Shown here: in pieces, positions 51,501 through 60,655 of the stretch
How positions within the stretch are numbered: position 1 is the stretch's first letter
How the letters are laid out: the number at the start of each line of letters is the position of its first letter
Translations under genes and position numbers: made by a program
Assembly (NCBI GenBank): GCA_965249575.1
Contig: OZ252244.1
Span: 2,592,001 to 2,656,000 of the forward strand
DNA: 64,000 bases
Source of the DNA: Gemmatimonadales bacterium
GTDB lineage: Bacteria > Gemmatimonadota > Gemmatimonadetes > Gemmatimonadales > GWC2-71-9
Reading direction: 5' to 3'
Notes under the pieces: generated by a model
The model's database searches: none
What the model was told of the DNA's origin: nothing
The model's input: only the letters and a program-made list of their open reading frames with translations

Positions 51501-51980
51501 GGCGTGGTACAGGCCCCGGCGCTCGATGCTCCTTCCGTAGTCAATGGCCACGCACTTCTCGATCGCCCGCTCGATGACTCGGCGGGACAATGGCGACGAG
51601 CCGGACGGCTCGTTGGGACGATCGCCGCGACCCTCGATCTCGACCGCGCTCACGATCTCCCCTTGTAGTTCGGGCTCGTGTTCTTCGATGTAGAGCGCGA
51701 CCCGCTCGTCCGAGACCCGGTGTCGCAACGGCCTCACGAGGTATCGCCACGCTAGGACCGCGAGCGCTGCGTACGTGAGGACGCGAAAGACGATGATTGA
51801 GGCTGGCCCGAATCTGAAGTAGTCCATGCCGTACGCGGACAGCGCGAAGACCGCGATGCCCGTTCCCAGGACCATTGCAAGCCCTTTCAGGACGTTTTTC
51901 AACCGCCAGCGACTACGGACCTCGCGGATCAGGGTCTTGAGGGCGCTATCGGTCAGGGTAGCGCCGAGTCGTAAGGGCAT
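48513..51980 (-). CDS. DUF4175-like large membrane-anchored protein (TMs, Ig-like region, long coiled coil)
   Basis: N-terminal TMs; Y.FPAYTGL, DQPP.V...PGRD, DDFGV; coiled coils; terminal VP.GYREMVEEYYRSL. Confidence 0.75.
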   Translation of the reverse strand: MPLRLGATLTDSALKTLIREVRSRWRLKNVLKGLAMVLGTGIAVFALSAYGMDYFRFGPASIIVFRVLTYAALAVLAWRYLVRPLRHRVSDERVALYIEEHEPELQGEIVSAVEIEGRGDRPNEPSGSSPLSRRVIERAIEKCVAIDYGRSIERRGLYHAYGLFAGAMAAGLAAIIASPAFLRHAAPLIVFPWTSARAASVYSIDVSPGSITLARGADQQITATLLGFDAEQVEIVTQTGEAGKWERWPMHLDDASGSHLFMLLDLDEQTEYFVEASGVRSVVHRIDVADLPYVDRIDLEYRFPAYTGLSPQRQEDGGDIAALRGTRVLLRITPTIPVSNGRILIEGAEPINLTAEGDSVLSGALRVARSSFYHIELESPEGVLVPASPEYAIDVLSDQPPSVSFSKPGRDTRVSSIEEVFAEARVEDDFGVKALALVYSVNGGAEQSVELYSAARGRQRDLTAGHTFFLEEFELEPGDLVAYFARASDTRDQTASTDMYFLDVRPFGKEYRQADQRGQMGGGGGAGSALSGRQREIIVATFKMVRDRDTYPETEYQENLNTLVQAQRGIRQQVLALVQRMKNRGVVETDSGFRRIIESFPLAAAEMELAEQKLSERKPDEALAPEQRALAHLQRAEAVFREVRVGSGNAGGTGGWDSNAEDLADLFELELDKLRNQYETVQRGERQVTNNLIDETLARLKELARRQEQHNERLRRRARLEGAPGGTPAAQRELAEETEELARRLERLARERSSPELANTARRLKDAAQAMRRSAADGAERGMGEGISALDRLADARRLLEKNQTERIEDGLTDAIRQARRVAELQDKIEDDVQDLRPVGQNTPDQMRRLLERKDQLAGQVADLEGQLDQMARDVSREQREASRKLREAANSIRQTKLKEKIRYSKGIVAGRSPEYAREFEGQISSDIDSLQQRLADAKDAVGQNPEDNLAGALERTRQAVRGLESLEERIRERRLAGQRGQDDQAGRQGQQGSENTEAQGGNGGAGEQSPSGRGAADGAVNDGGALAPGGNGSRLAPGRLSPSDIRQFRREIRERRNDIEGLRRDLRREGVEVADIDEVIQRLRALDSQRVYDDPLEFERLQRLALDGLKQFEYALRREIDGADRERLFLSGSDEVPAGYREMVEEYYRSLSRE

Positions 51981-52058
51981 CGAACCTCCTACCGCAGATT
52001 TCCGCCGCCGCCGCCTAGTGCCAGCGGGCGAGCACGATATGGGCCGCCGCCGGCCGAC

Positions 52059-54113
52059 TCATCGCACTGCTCGGGAAAGGCGGTTCGATAAGACCGTCTC
52101 CCCAGCGAGCACGAATAGTGCCGCAATCAAAAGATACCACCAGATCGCCTGGCGTCGCTCGCGCTGCTCTGGGGTGAGATTTGCGTCGAGCGCCAGGCCC
52201 GCCGCCGCTGGAGCTCCGGCGGTTATCGCACCCTCGAGCTCGTCGGGATCGAGGGCAGTGAGATCCGATTCGGAAACATCCAGGTTGACTGCCACCGGAT
52301 ACAATGGTGCGTCGGTGATATCGGGGTCCCGGACCTCGTAGAAGCCCTGCTCCCAGAGCTGAAGTGGCCGAACGCCGTCGGCCGCTTCCAGAGGAAAGCG
52401 TGTTCCCCTTGGCGCGGTGACCAAAAGCTCCCTGTCGTCGACGGCCATCCCCGCAAGATCCGCAGCCTGGCCCACGGCGTACGACACCGGGGGCTCCACA
52501 TAGTGCGCCAGGTATGTGACCACCCGATGGGCGAACGGCACGAAGACCGGTTTGAGCGCGAGGTCGTTCCAGAATGGATCCAGTGTGGACGTCCAGACGA
52601 GAACAGTCCCATCACCTATTCGGTTTTCCACGAGTGCGACCGCTCCGTCGTCGAAGCGCGCCAGCACATCGTCCGAAGATTCCAGAAGCACCGGGCGGTA
52701 TTGGAAGAATCGAGCCGACGAAAAGTCACCGCTTCGTGGGGTGCTAAACATCTCGAAAACTGGGTGCTGGTAGTCGACGAACCCCAGCGCCCCGCCCCAG
52801 TCCGCCGACCGGTCGGATGGCCGGTCGAAGGGCCCCGGGAGTAGCTCGCGCGTCTCGGCGCGCCAGGCTTGCGGCGAGCTCCGGTCGCCCAGCGCAACCA
52901 GCAGGCCTCCGCCGCCCGCGACGAAGCTCCGAACCGCACGCCGCCGGGCCGGCCCGGAGACGGCGGCGTCGTTCAGCACGACGACGTCCACCTCGGCCAG
53001 GTCTGCTGATTGGAACTGCGAGGTCTTCTTGACGGTCACTCGGAACGATGGGCGATCGCCGACACCGAGAGCGCGTCGAAGAAACAAACTCCGCTCCGCC
53101 GGTGCCGCCTGGTCCTCCAGTACCAGGACCGAAACGGCCTCGCTCGGCGTGAGCACGAAATGCCACGCGTTGTCCGCCAACAGCCTATCATTGGCTGCGC
53201 GCACGGTACCGCGTAACGGGCCATCCGGAATGGCGAATGGGTCGAACGAAACCGTTGCCGTGCCATTCGATTCAACCGAAACAGTGCTCGTTTGTACCTG
53301 CCGCCCGTCCAACTCCAGAGACACGTCGACATCGCCGGCCGCATCACCGCCCCGCTGGGCCACTCTGGCGGAGACGGTCACCAACTCGCGTCCGGCCCGT
53401 CTACCGCGGCTCAGCGAGAGCCCGGTGATCGCGTGATTGGTCGTATTCCTATCAGACAGATTCACCCGGCTGACCGCAGTTCCGGCCGGGAGCCGCACAC
53501 CCTCGTCACCTGTCCATCCCGTTCGCTGGTAGTCGGAGATGAGGACGATCCGTTTGTTGGGTAGCTGCGACACTTCGAGGATCTTTTCCGCGAGTTTGAG
53601 AGCCGGACCGTAACGGGTTCCGGCCGAGCTGAGCTCAGCCGTATCCAGCGCGACCGTGAGCCCCGCGCGATCCGTGGTCGATCGGACCACCGCGGTTGCC
53701 CGATCGGAAAAGAGCACGAACGACGCCCGGTCGTCCGGCCGTAGCTCACCGATGGCCGACTGGGCGGCGCGGACTCCACGCTCCCATCGGTCTCCATATC
53801 CCATGCTGTATGAGTGGTCGAGCAGCACGACGACCTCTCCTGCATTGGAGAAGGGCGCCGTGGCTTGGGTCGGATCATCGAGGAACGGCCGAGCGAACGC
53901 TGCCACCACGAGGACGATGGCGGCACAGCGGAGCACGAAGAGCAGCCAATGCCTGATCTTTTGGCGCCGTACCGACCGGTATGGGATCCGCCGAAGAAAC
54001 ATAAGGGATGGGAACGCGACGGTCTCGCTCCGCTCGCGATGGATGAGATGCACCAACACCGGTATCGCAAGGGCGCCAAGGCCGAGCAGGAACGCCGGGG
54101 CGAGCAGACTCAC
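52059..54113 (-). CDS. BatA-type N-terminal domain + vWA protein
   Basis: PVLVHLI, FPSLMFL, AFARP; MIDAS DHSYSMG; LISD; C-terminal ESDL and W..LL TM. Confidence 0.85.
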   Translation of the reverse strand: MSLLAPAFLLGLGALAIPVLVHLIHRERSETVAFPSLMFLRRIPYRSVRRQKIRHWLLFVLRCAAIVLVVAAFARPFLDDPTQATAPFSNAGEVVVLLDHSYSMGYGDRWERGVRAAQSAIGELRPDDRASFVLFSDRATAVVRSTTDRAGLTVALDTAELSSAGTRYGPALKLAEKILEVSQLPNKRIVLISDYQRTGWTGDEGVRLPAGTAVSRVNLSDRNTTNHAITGLSLSRGRRAGRELVTVSARVAQRGGDAAGDVDVSLELDGRQVQTSTVSVESNGTATVSFDPFAIPDGPLRGTVRAANDRLLADNAWHFVLTPSEAVSVLVLEDQAAPAERSLFLRRALGVGDRPSFRVTVKKTSQFQSADLAEVDVVVLNDAAVSGPARRRAVRSFVAGGGGLLVALGDRSSPQAWRAETRELLPGPFDRPSDRSADWGGALGFVDYQHPVFEMFSTPRSGDFSSARFFQYRPVLLESSDDVLARFDDGAVALVENRIGDGTVLVWTSTLDPFWNDLALKPVFVPFAHRVVTYLAHYVEPPVSYAVGQAADLAGMAVDDRELLVTAPRGTRFPLEAADGVRPLQLWEQGFYEVRDPDITDAPLYPVAVNLDVSESDLTALDPDELEGAITAGAPAAAGLALDANLTPEQRERRQAIWWYLLIAALFVLAGETVLSNRLSRAVR

Positions 54114-55028
54114 TCAGCGAATCCGGCTCAAGCGTTCACGCCTAGCCAGGTACGTGAACAACGCGTGGTCCAGGGGTTGTGAGGTATCGAACAGCTGGTA
54201 ATCGATCCGGTTTTCCTTCATGAGTGCAGATATCCGCGCGATGTGATTTTGCACCATGTCGTGGTATTGCGCGCGGAGGTAGTCCGGTACGACCGGCAGG
54301 CTCTCCCCGCTCTCGAGATCCTCGAAGTTGGCGGCCTGATCAAACGGGAAGTCGATCTCGACCGGATCGAGCACATGGAACACGATGAGATCGTTTCCTT
54401 TGTAGCGGAGTAGGTTGACCGCTTCGATCACTCGTTCCGGTTCTTCGTACAAGTCCGAGATCAGGACCAGGATTCCCCGCCGCCGGAATCCCTCGGTGAT
54501 CTTCCGTAGAGGTCCCATGAGCTCGCCCTGCGCTCCCGCCTCCAGTCGGTCGAGAGTGTGCAGGACGATCTCGAGGTGCTTGGCCGACGGCGGCACAAAA
54601 TCTCGGACCTCGGAATCGAAGGTCACGAGTCCGACCCTGTCCCGCTGCTTGTGTGAGAAGTAAGCGAGACTCGCCGCCAGGTACCGCCCATAGTCGAGCT
54701 TCGAGATTCCAGCACGCCCATAGTCCATTGAGCGGGAAATGTCGAAGATCAGGCTGAAGTTTGCGTTGGTGTCGGCCTCGAACTCCTTGACGTAATACCT
54801 GTCTGTTCGCGCGTACAGTCGCCAATCGATGCGACGGATGTCGTCTCCTGGCATGTATGCCCGATGCTCGGCGAAGTCGACGGAAAGACCGAGGTACGGT
54901 GAATGGTGGAGTCCGTTGATGAATCCCTCAACGACGGTGCGCGCCAGGAGCTCGAGATTGTCGATCCGGGAGAGAATCTTGGGATCGAGGAATCCCGCGC
55001 CCGGGACCTGGGTGGCGCTCACGGGCAC
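54114..55028 (-). CDS. DUF58 domain (vWA-like) protein
   Basis: G.HHSPYLG.SVDFAEHRAY.PGDD.RRIDWRLYAR, DISRSM, LISD. Confidence 0.93.
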   Translation of the reverse strand: MPVSATQVPGAGFLDPKILSRIDNLELLARTVVEGFINGLHHSPYLGLSVDFAEHRAYMPGDDIRRIDWRLYARTDRYYVKEFEADTNANFSLIFDISRSMDYGRAGISKLDYGRYLAASLAYFSHKQRDRVGLVTFDSEVRDFVPPSAKHLEIVLHTLDRLEAGAQGELMGPLRKITEGFRRRGILVLISDLYEEPERVIEAVNLLRYKGNDLIVFHVLDPVEIDFPFDQAANFEDLESGESLPVVPDYLRAQYHDMVQNHIARISALMKENRIDYQLFDTSQPLDHALFTYLARRERLSRIR

Positions 55029-55079
55029 GCGAACGGCCCTCGCGGAGTCGGGGACGATGTCATGCTCGGCAACCGTCCA

Positions 55080-56117
55080 CTACATGTTGGACTTGGGTAG
55101 CGGCACGGCTTCTAGGAGCTGGTCGATCAGCTGATCGGAAGTGACCCGCTCGGATTCCGCGTGGAAGTTCGTGAGGATGCGGTGCCGGAGTACCGGATGC
55201 GCCAGGGCGTGGATGTCGTCGAAATTGACGTGATACCGTCCCCGCATGAGTGCCCTAGCCTTGCCGCCCAGTATCAGGTATTGCGACGCGCGAACACTCG
55301 CCCCGTACTCGACCCATTTCTTGATGAAGTCGAGCGCGCCGTCGGCCGTGGGCCGGCTCATGCGGGCGAGAGCGACGGCGTAACGCGTGACAGGATCGGC
55401 CACGGGGACCTTCCGGACCAATTGCTGAAATGCAATGAGGTCCGGCCCGGTTACGGCGTGTTCAAACCGATGATCCTGGATTGAGGTAGTCGAGCGGACT
55501 ACCTCAATTTCCTCATCTTCGGACAGATACTCGATGGTAATGTGGAACATAAAGCGGTCGAGCTGAGCTTCCGGCAACGGGTAGGTCCCCTCAAGCTCGA
55601 TTGGGTTTTGCGTCGCGAACACGAAGAACGGCTCTTCGAGCTGGTAGGTCGTGCCCTGAACGGTCACTCTGTGCTCCTGCATCGCTTCCAGGAGGGCGGA
55701 CTGAGTCTTGGGAGGCGTCCGGTTGATTTCGTCCGCGAGCACGATGTTGCTGAAGATCGGTCCGGGGGTGAAAACCATGCGTCGATTGCCCGTTTCCGGA
55801 TCGTCCTGAATGATGTCTGTCCCGGTGATGTCGGAGGGCATGAGATCCGGCGTGAACTGTATCCTCGAGAACTTGAGGTCCAGCACCTGAGCCAGGGTAT
55901 GTATCAGCAGCGTCTTTGCGAGACCCGGGACGCCCACGATGAGGCTGTTGCCGCCAACCAGCAAGGAAAGGAGCGCCTGCTCGATTACGCCCTCCTGGCC
56001 CACGATGAGCTTCTTGAGCTCGGCCATGATTTGATCGTTACCGGACTTGAGACGCTCGGCCAGCGCAACGTCGTCAGCGGATTCGAGTCGTACCGATTCG
56101 GTTGAAGCGATGCCCAC
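55080..56117 (-). CDS. moxR: MoxR-family AAA+ ATPase
   Basis: GVPGLAKT, RIQFTPDLMPSD, LADEINRTPPKTQSALLEAM, ATQNPIE.EGTYPLPEAQLDRF. Confidence 0.96.
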   Translation of the reverse strand: MGIASTESVRLESADDVALAERLKSGNDQIMAELKKLIVGQEGVIEQALLSLLVGGNSLIVGVPGLAKTLLIHTLAQVLDLKFSRIQFTPDLMPSDITGTDIIQDDPETGNRRMVFTPGPIFSNIVLADEINRTPPKTQSALLEAMQEHRVTVQGTTYQLEEPFFVFATQNPIELEGTYPLPEAQLDRFMFHITIEYLSEDEEIEVVRSTTSIQDHRFEHAVTGPDLIAFQQLVRKVPVADPVTRYAVALARMSRPTADGALDFIKKWVEYGASVRASQYLILGGKARALMRGRYHVNFDDIHALAHPVLRHRILTNFHAESERVTSDQLIDQLLEAVPLPKSNM

Positions 56118-56184
56118 GGGGTCTCCTGTCCAGTTGTGTTGCGATGCGCACCGGAGCCCGGCCGCTCAGGCCGCGACCCGACCG

Positions 56185-57006
56185 CTAGTGTGTCATGCCG
56201 TAAATGATGTAGTTCACGCCGAGCTTATACGCCTCGTTCGACAGCTCGATCGGAATGTACCCGGCGTCCGACCATTCCCAGTAATCCCCGATGTCGTTGT
56301 TGTAGTTCACGATCACCATCAATCGGCCGGTCGGATCGTTATTCTCGAATACCCCGTAGTAGACGGGTATATCGCCGGAGTACGGCGGGGGAAAGTCGAG
56401 CGACGCAAGCTGAAAGAACGTCGTGAAGATGGGGTGCGTAATGTCGAGTTCGACGAGATGCTCGTCCGGAAGCGCTCGATGGAGCTGCCGGGCGAAATTG
56501 TCCCAGTGGTATCCCCTGAAATCGTCGACGATTAAGAAGCCACCCTTGCGGAGATAAGCGCGGAGACCTTCGACCTCGCGAGGATTCATGGTCCAGAACC
56601 CGGGCTCGCAGAGATACGCCACCGGGAATCGGTTCAGCTCCGGATCGTCCAGGGCGAATACATTGCCGCCGTGCATGTACGGGTCAACCCCGCTGACCTC
56701 CTTTAAGATCTTCATGAGGTTGCGCTCGGCCCGGGGATAGTCATGGTCCCACTTGAGGTCCGGTCCTCCCCAGTAGTAGCCGTCACCGCTCGAACTCGGC
56801 GTGAATCGGACGCGGACGAAGGTGAACCGCCCGTCGTATGGGGCATTGTAAATGGCATGCTGGGGGCCGGCGGGTGCAGAAGGTCGCGCCCACTGAGTAA
56901 CCGGCCGGGTCCAGGTTCCCGAATGATCTGAGTCGGTGCGTCCCAGTACGAGCAGGCCCGGCATCGTGAGGAGGCCGGCGCCCATTGTCAGCAGCGCCCA
57001 CTTCAT
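56185..57006 (-). CDS. DUF4159 domain protein, copy 2
   Basis: W.HDYP.AE.N, LRAYLRKGGFLIVDDF, HPIF, NNDIGDYWE, LGVNYIIYGMTH. Confidence 0.88.
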   Translation of the reverse strand: MKWALLTMGAGLLTMPGLLVLGRTDSDHSGTWTRPVTQWARPSAPAGPQHAIYNAPYDGRFTFVRVRFTPSSSGDGYYWGGPDLKWDHDYPRAERNLMKILKEVSGVDPYMHGGNVFALDDPELNRFPVAYLCEPGFWTMNPREVEGLRAYLRKGGFLIVDDFRGYHWDNFARQLHRALPDEHLVELDITHPIFTTFFQLASLDFPPPYSGDIPVYYGVFENNDPTGRLMVIVNYNNDIGDYWEWSDAGYIPIELSNEAYKLGVNYIIYGMTH

Positions 57007-59660
57007 ACCGCCCCCACGGTGGTGCGCTTGCTCTCACGGAGTTCGAGGAGTAGCGCCTGGGCCTTCTCGAAGCTCGGCGCGTGCTCGAGCGCACGGATTA
57101 CCTCCCGGCGTGCCGAAATGATGTCACCGGCTTCGTAATACGCCAGGGCGAGCTGATACAGCGCTTCGGCGCGATCCACCGGGTCGAGGGCCACGATGGC
57201 ACGACGCTCTCGGATAGCGGGTTTGTGATGTCCCAGCCCGCGATAGAGATCCGCCAGCTTCGTGTGGGTGCCGGGCTCGAGCGGGTAGATATACATGAGG
57301 CGGTCGAGCATTCCCGCGGCCCCTACGCTGTCGCCGAGTTGCTCGAGGAGGAGACTCAATGCCACGTGAGCGTCGTAGTGGTTCTCGTTAATCGAAGTGA
57401 GCCGGTCGAGCTCGGCCGCTGCACGGCGCAAAGCCCCTCGGTCCCGGTGAAACCGAGCAAGGTACCAGTATGGACTGTCTGCGGCTGCATAATCCGGGAA
57501 CAACGCCTTCGCTCGCTCCAGGTACGGGATCGCTTCGTCGAACTTCCCTTCCTCGAAGAGGATCTTCCCGACGGTGAGTTGCGCGGAGAAATCTCCTACG
57601 TCGTCCCTCGCTCGCTTCTCCATCTCGGCCCGAGTTGGCACCGTTCGCGAGGTGCCGGATCGTGTGCTGCGAAGGGCGGCCAAAGGACCGGCGAATCGTT
57701 CTTTCATGTATAGGTCTAACGAGTGATCGAACTCCTCGAGATCGGTTTGCAGCACGCGGTGGAATACTTGAACCGTCGTCAACCCTTCACCGTAGCCTAT
57801 GAGCATAGAAAGGAGCGCATCAAGGCCCGCATCGCGCTCGATAAGCTCGCAGATGAGAGATGCCTGATAGTACGAAAAGCTGACCTGGCCCGCATAACGG
57901 GGCCGGACGAATCCGCTGTTTAGCTCCCGGAGGGGAAGGAGCTTCTCCTCCGCGTACGCCATCAGAAAGGCCAGGCTCACGTCGTCGCCCCACCCCGGCC
58001 GGGCGCGGCGCTCCTCGAGCACGGAAAGCCCTTCCGCAAACCAGCGGGGAATCCGGTGCTTGCTCAACCCCAGCGTAAAGGAGTGGGCCAGCTCGTGCCA
58101 GAGCGTGGATCCCCAGTTGAACTGGCCGGTTTTGCGCGCTGACGGGGAGTCCATTGCGATCACGGGTCCGAAGCTCACTCCGAGCGCACCCAGGCCGGCG
58201 AGACCGACGGTTCTGACCGAGAAGTCGGCATGTGTTGGGTATATCTCGAGGCGGATCGGTGTGGGAGGCTCGTAGCGATAGCGTTCGGCCAGCTTCTGAA
58301 ATGCCTCCTCCGCGAGGGAGAGTACGTACGGAGACAAGAGCGCCGCTTCGTCGGCGTGTATGGCGACGTGAAACTGGTCGGTTCGGGTCTCCTCGTAACG
58401 CGCGAACGTATCGAGCAGGTCGAGCGTGTTCTTGATCCATACGTTGTAAGGGTCACCCTCGAACGCAATCTCGAGTTGCTTCTTCCCCTCCTCGATCGCG
58501 CCGAGTCGCATCTGCCCGATGCCCAATAGACCATGCCCGCGCCACGATCGCTCGTCCAGGCTAACCGCCTGGCGGGCGAGGTCGACCGCCTCGTAGTACA
58601 GGCGATTTTGCGCGCTCAACTCGGCGACCGTGTTGTACAGGTCGGCGTCCAGGGGGTTGCGCTGGAGCGCCCGGTCGCGAGCGTCCTCGTAGCCCTTTTG
58701 GTCTCCACTCACGAGGCGGGCCGCCGCAAGCATGGCCAGCGCGGGCGAAGAGCCCGGATCGACGGCGAGCGCTCGCGTGAGCTGCTCCTCCGCCCGGTCG
58801 GTATCCTCTAGCTCGAGGTATAGTCGGGCCAAGAAAACCTGAGCCTCGATCAGGTTGGGATTGACCGCCAGGCTTTGCTCGGTCAGTTCGAGTGCCCGGG
58901 GCGACCCGTCGAAATGGAGGCTCTGGGCCAGACCGAGCAGCGCGCGCGGGTGTGACGGATTGGTGTCGAGGACCCGCTGGAAGGTGGCCTGCGCGTCGGT
59001 GCTGTTGTATTTGTCGAGAAACATCTCCCCGAGCTGTACCAGCGGCTCGAGGTTCGCCGGGTCGGTGGCGACTGCTTCATCGAACGCGCGGAGCGCGTCC
59101 TTGAAGAGCTGAGGGTCCTCGGCGCCTAGGTACCGACAGGCGATCCCGACCGCGGTGAGCGCTTCCGACGTTAGGCCGGCGCTCTGATTGTATAGATCGA
59201 TGAAACGGTCGAATCGGCGGGAGGATTCCTTGTACTGGCCGGTGGCGTGGAGCAACACCGCCAGATTGATCTCCGCGGTGAGGCGATCCGACGCTCCTCC
59301 CTCGATAGAAGTCGTGAACGCGAATCGCGCGTCTTCCACGCGGCCGCGCCGGTACAGCACCTCGCCCAGCCTGTTTTCCAGTTCGGGAGATCCAGGATGG
59401 GCTGCCGAGTAGGCCCGCGCGGCCGCAGCAGCCTCGGGGTAGCGCCCCACCGCGATCAGCGCAACCACCTGGCCCCGGTACGCAGCGGCTGGCGCCCGCG
59501 CAGGCCGCACGAGTCGTTCGAAAATATCGATCGCTTCATCGTATCGGCCGGAAGCAAGCGCGGTTTCGCCATCTGCGATTTGTTGAACGGCACACACCGG
59601 GCCCGTCAGCGAGGTAAGTAGGGCGATCGCAGCGCACCAGGGCCCGCACCGGCGAGTCAT
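57003..59660 (-). CDS. Secreted TPR-repeat protein with central clan-MA (gluzincin) metallopeptidase domain
   Basis: Many TPRs; LWHELAH followed by PRWFAEGLS; TPRs resume at the C-terminus. Confidence 0.85.
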   Translation of the reverse strand: MTRRCGPWCAAIALLTSLTGPVCAVQQIADGETALASGRYDEAIDIFERLVRPARAPAAAYRGQVVALIAVGRYPEAAAAARAYSAAHPGSPELENRLGEVLYRRGRVEDARFAFTTSIEGGASDRLTAEINLAVLLHATGQYKESSRRFDRFIDLYNQSAGLTSEALTAVGIACRYLGAEDPQLFKDALRAFDEAVATDPANLEPLVQLGEMFLDKYNSTDAQATFQRVLDTNPSHPRALLGLAQSLHFDGSPRALELTEQSLAVNPNLIEAQVFLARLYLELEDTDRAEEQLTRALAVDPGSSPALAMLAAARLVSGDQKGYEDARDRALQRNPLDADLYNTVAELSAQNRLYYEAVDLARQAVSLDERSWRGHGLLGIGQMRLGAIEEGKKQLEIAFEGDPYNVWIKNTLDLLDTFARYEETRTDQFHVAIHADEAALLSPYVLSLAEEAFQKLAERYRYEPPTPIRLEIYPTHADFSVRTVGLAGLGALGVSFGPVIAMDSPSARKTGQFNWGSTLWHELAHSFTLGLSKHRIPRWFAEGLSVLEERRARPGWGDDVSLAFLMAYAEEKLLPLRELNSGFVRPRYAGQVSFSYYQASLICELIERDAGLDALLSMLIGYGEGLTTVQVFHRVLQTDLEEFDHSLDLYMKERFAGPLAALRSTRSGTSRTVPTRAEMEKRARDDVGDFSAQLTVGKILFEEGKFDEAIPYLERAKALFPDYAAADSPYWYLARFHRDRGALRRAAAELDRLTSINENHYDAHVALSLLLEQLGDSVGAAGMLDRLMYIYPLEPGTHTKLADLYRGLGHHKPAIRERRAIVALDPVDRAEALYQLALAYYEAGDIISARREVIRALEHAPSFEKAQALLLELRESKRTTVGAV

Positions 59661-60655
59661 CGTCCCCCCGCCTCGGCTTCCCGGATGGCGCGGCTCTTCA
59701 GGGCCAACTCGACGAGCAGCGCCTCGAGCTCTTCCGCATATAGTCCGGACTCCATGGATTCCTTCTGAAGCTTCAGTGCCTCAACGCGGGACTCGAGGTC
59801 GAGCCGTTCTCGGTAGAGTGCCGCAACAGCCGGATTCTCCGGACGGATCCTCTCCCGTAGGCCTTCTGACAGGAACAACGTCTTCGCCAGCGCTCCGTCT
59901 CCGGCCCGAGGATCAGGGGTACGGCTCCCCACGCCATCCCCGTTGTCGTCCAGCATCGCGTGCTCGGTAACGAGCAGGTCCTGCGATTCGTAGTGGCGTC
60001 GTACCTCTCGCTGTGCGTACTCGAAGGCCTCGAGGACGGAGACCCTCTTGTCCTTATCGGCATCGGCCCCGTCGCCGGCAAACGCCCGCACGAAGAATTC
60101 CGCAAAGACCGTCTCGTTTCGCTGGGAACCGCTTCTCGTCGCCGTGACGACGGTGCGGTTCGGGCCCGATAAGCTGGGGATGAAGTCGCCACTGGCGCTT
60201 GCGGAGTTCACAAACACGATGCGCTGCGTCGGGAATCGACGGAGGAGCCGGGCGAAATCGGCGTCGGTGATGTCAGGACCAGGCAGATTGAAGCGTGAGC
60301 GGTCCCCCCGCTGAGTTCCGTGCCCGATCAGGAAGATGAAGACACGGTCACTGGGCCCCGTGGTCGCCGCGAGCCGCTCGAGTACTGCCTCGACGTTCTC
60401 TTTCGTCGAACGGCCGGTGATGCGCTGGGGGTCGCGTGCTGGTGTGGGCGCCAGGTAGATGACCGCAGAATCGGGAAGGCCGAAGCGCTCGCGCGCCGAA
60501 TCGGTCATCGCACTGGCCGAGCTATGGAAGGACTGCTCATACCGCGGCTCACCGCCCAGGCCCGCGATCACGACTAGGTGTGACTGTTGGGCGAATCCGC
60601 TGGTCGCCGAGCCTAGGCCGATTGCCGCGACCGGGATCAGCCCGGGCACCCTCAC
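59657..60655 (-). CDS. Secreted caspase/C13 (clan CD)-fold protein lacking the catalytic Cys
   Basis: GTGA overlap start; STKENV, FLIGHG, FVNSASASG, VVTAT, DADKDKRVSVLEAF. Confidence 0.65.
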   Translation of the reverse strand: MRVPGLIPVAAIGLGSATSGFAQQSHLVVIAGLGGEPRYEQSFHSSASAMTDSARERFGLPDSAVIYLAPTPARDPQRITGRSTKENVEAVLERLAATTGPSDRVFIFLIGHGTQRGDRSRFNLPGPDITDADFARLLRRFPTQRIVFVNSASASGDFIPSLSGPNRTVVTATRSGSQRNETVFAEFFVRAFAGDGADADKDKRVSVLEAFEYAQREVRRHYESQDLLVTEHAMLDDNGDGVGSRTPDPRAGDGALAKTLFLSEGLRERIRPENPAVAALYRERLDLESRVEALKLQKESMESGLYAEELEALLVELALKSRAIREAEAGGR

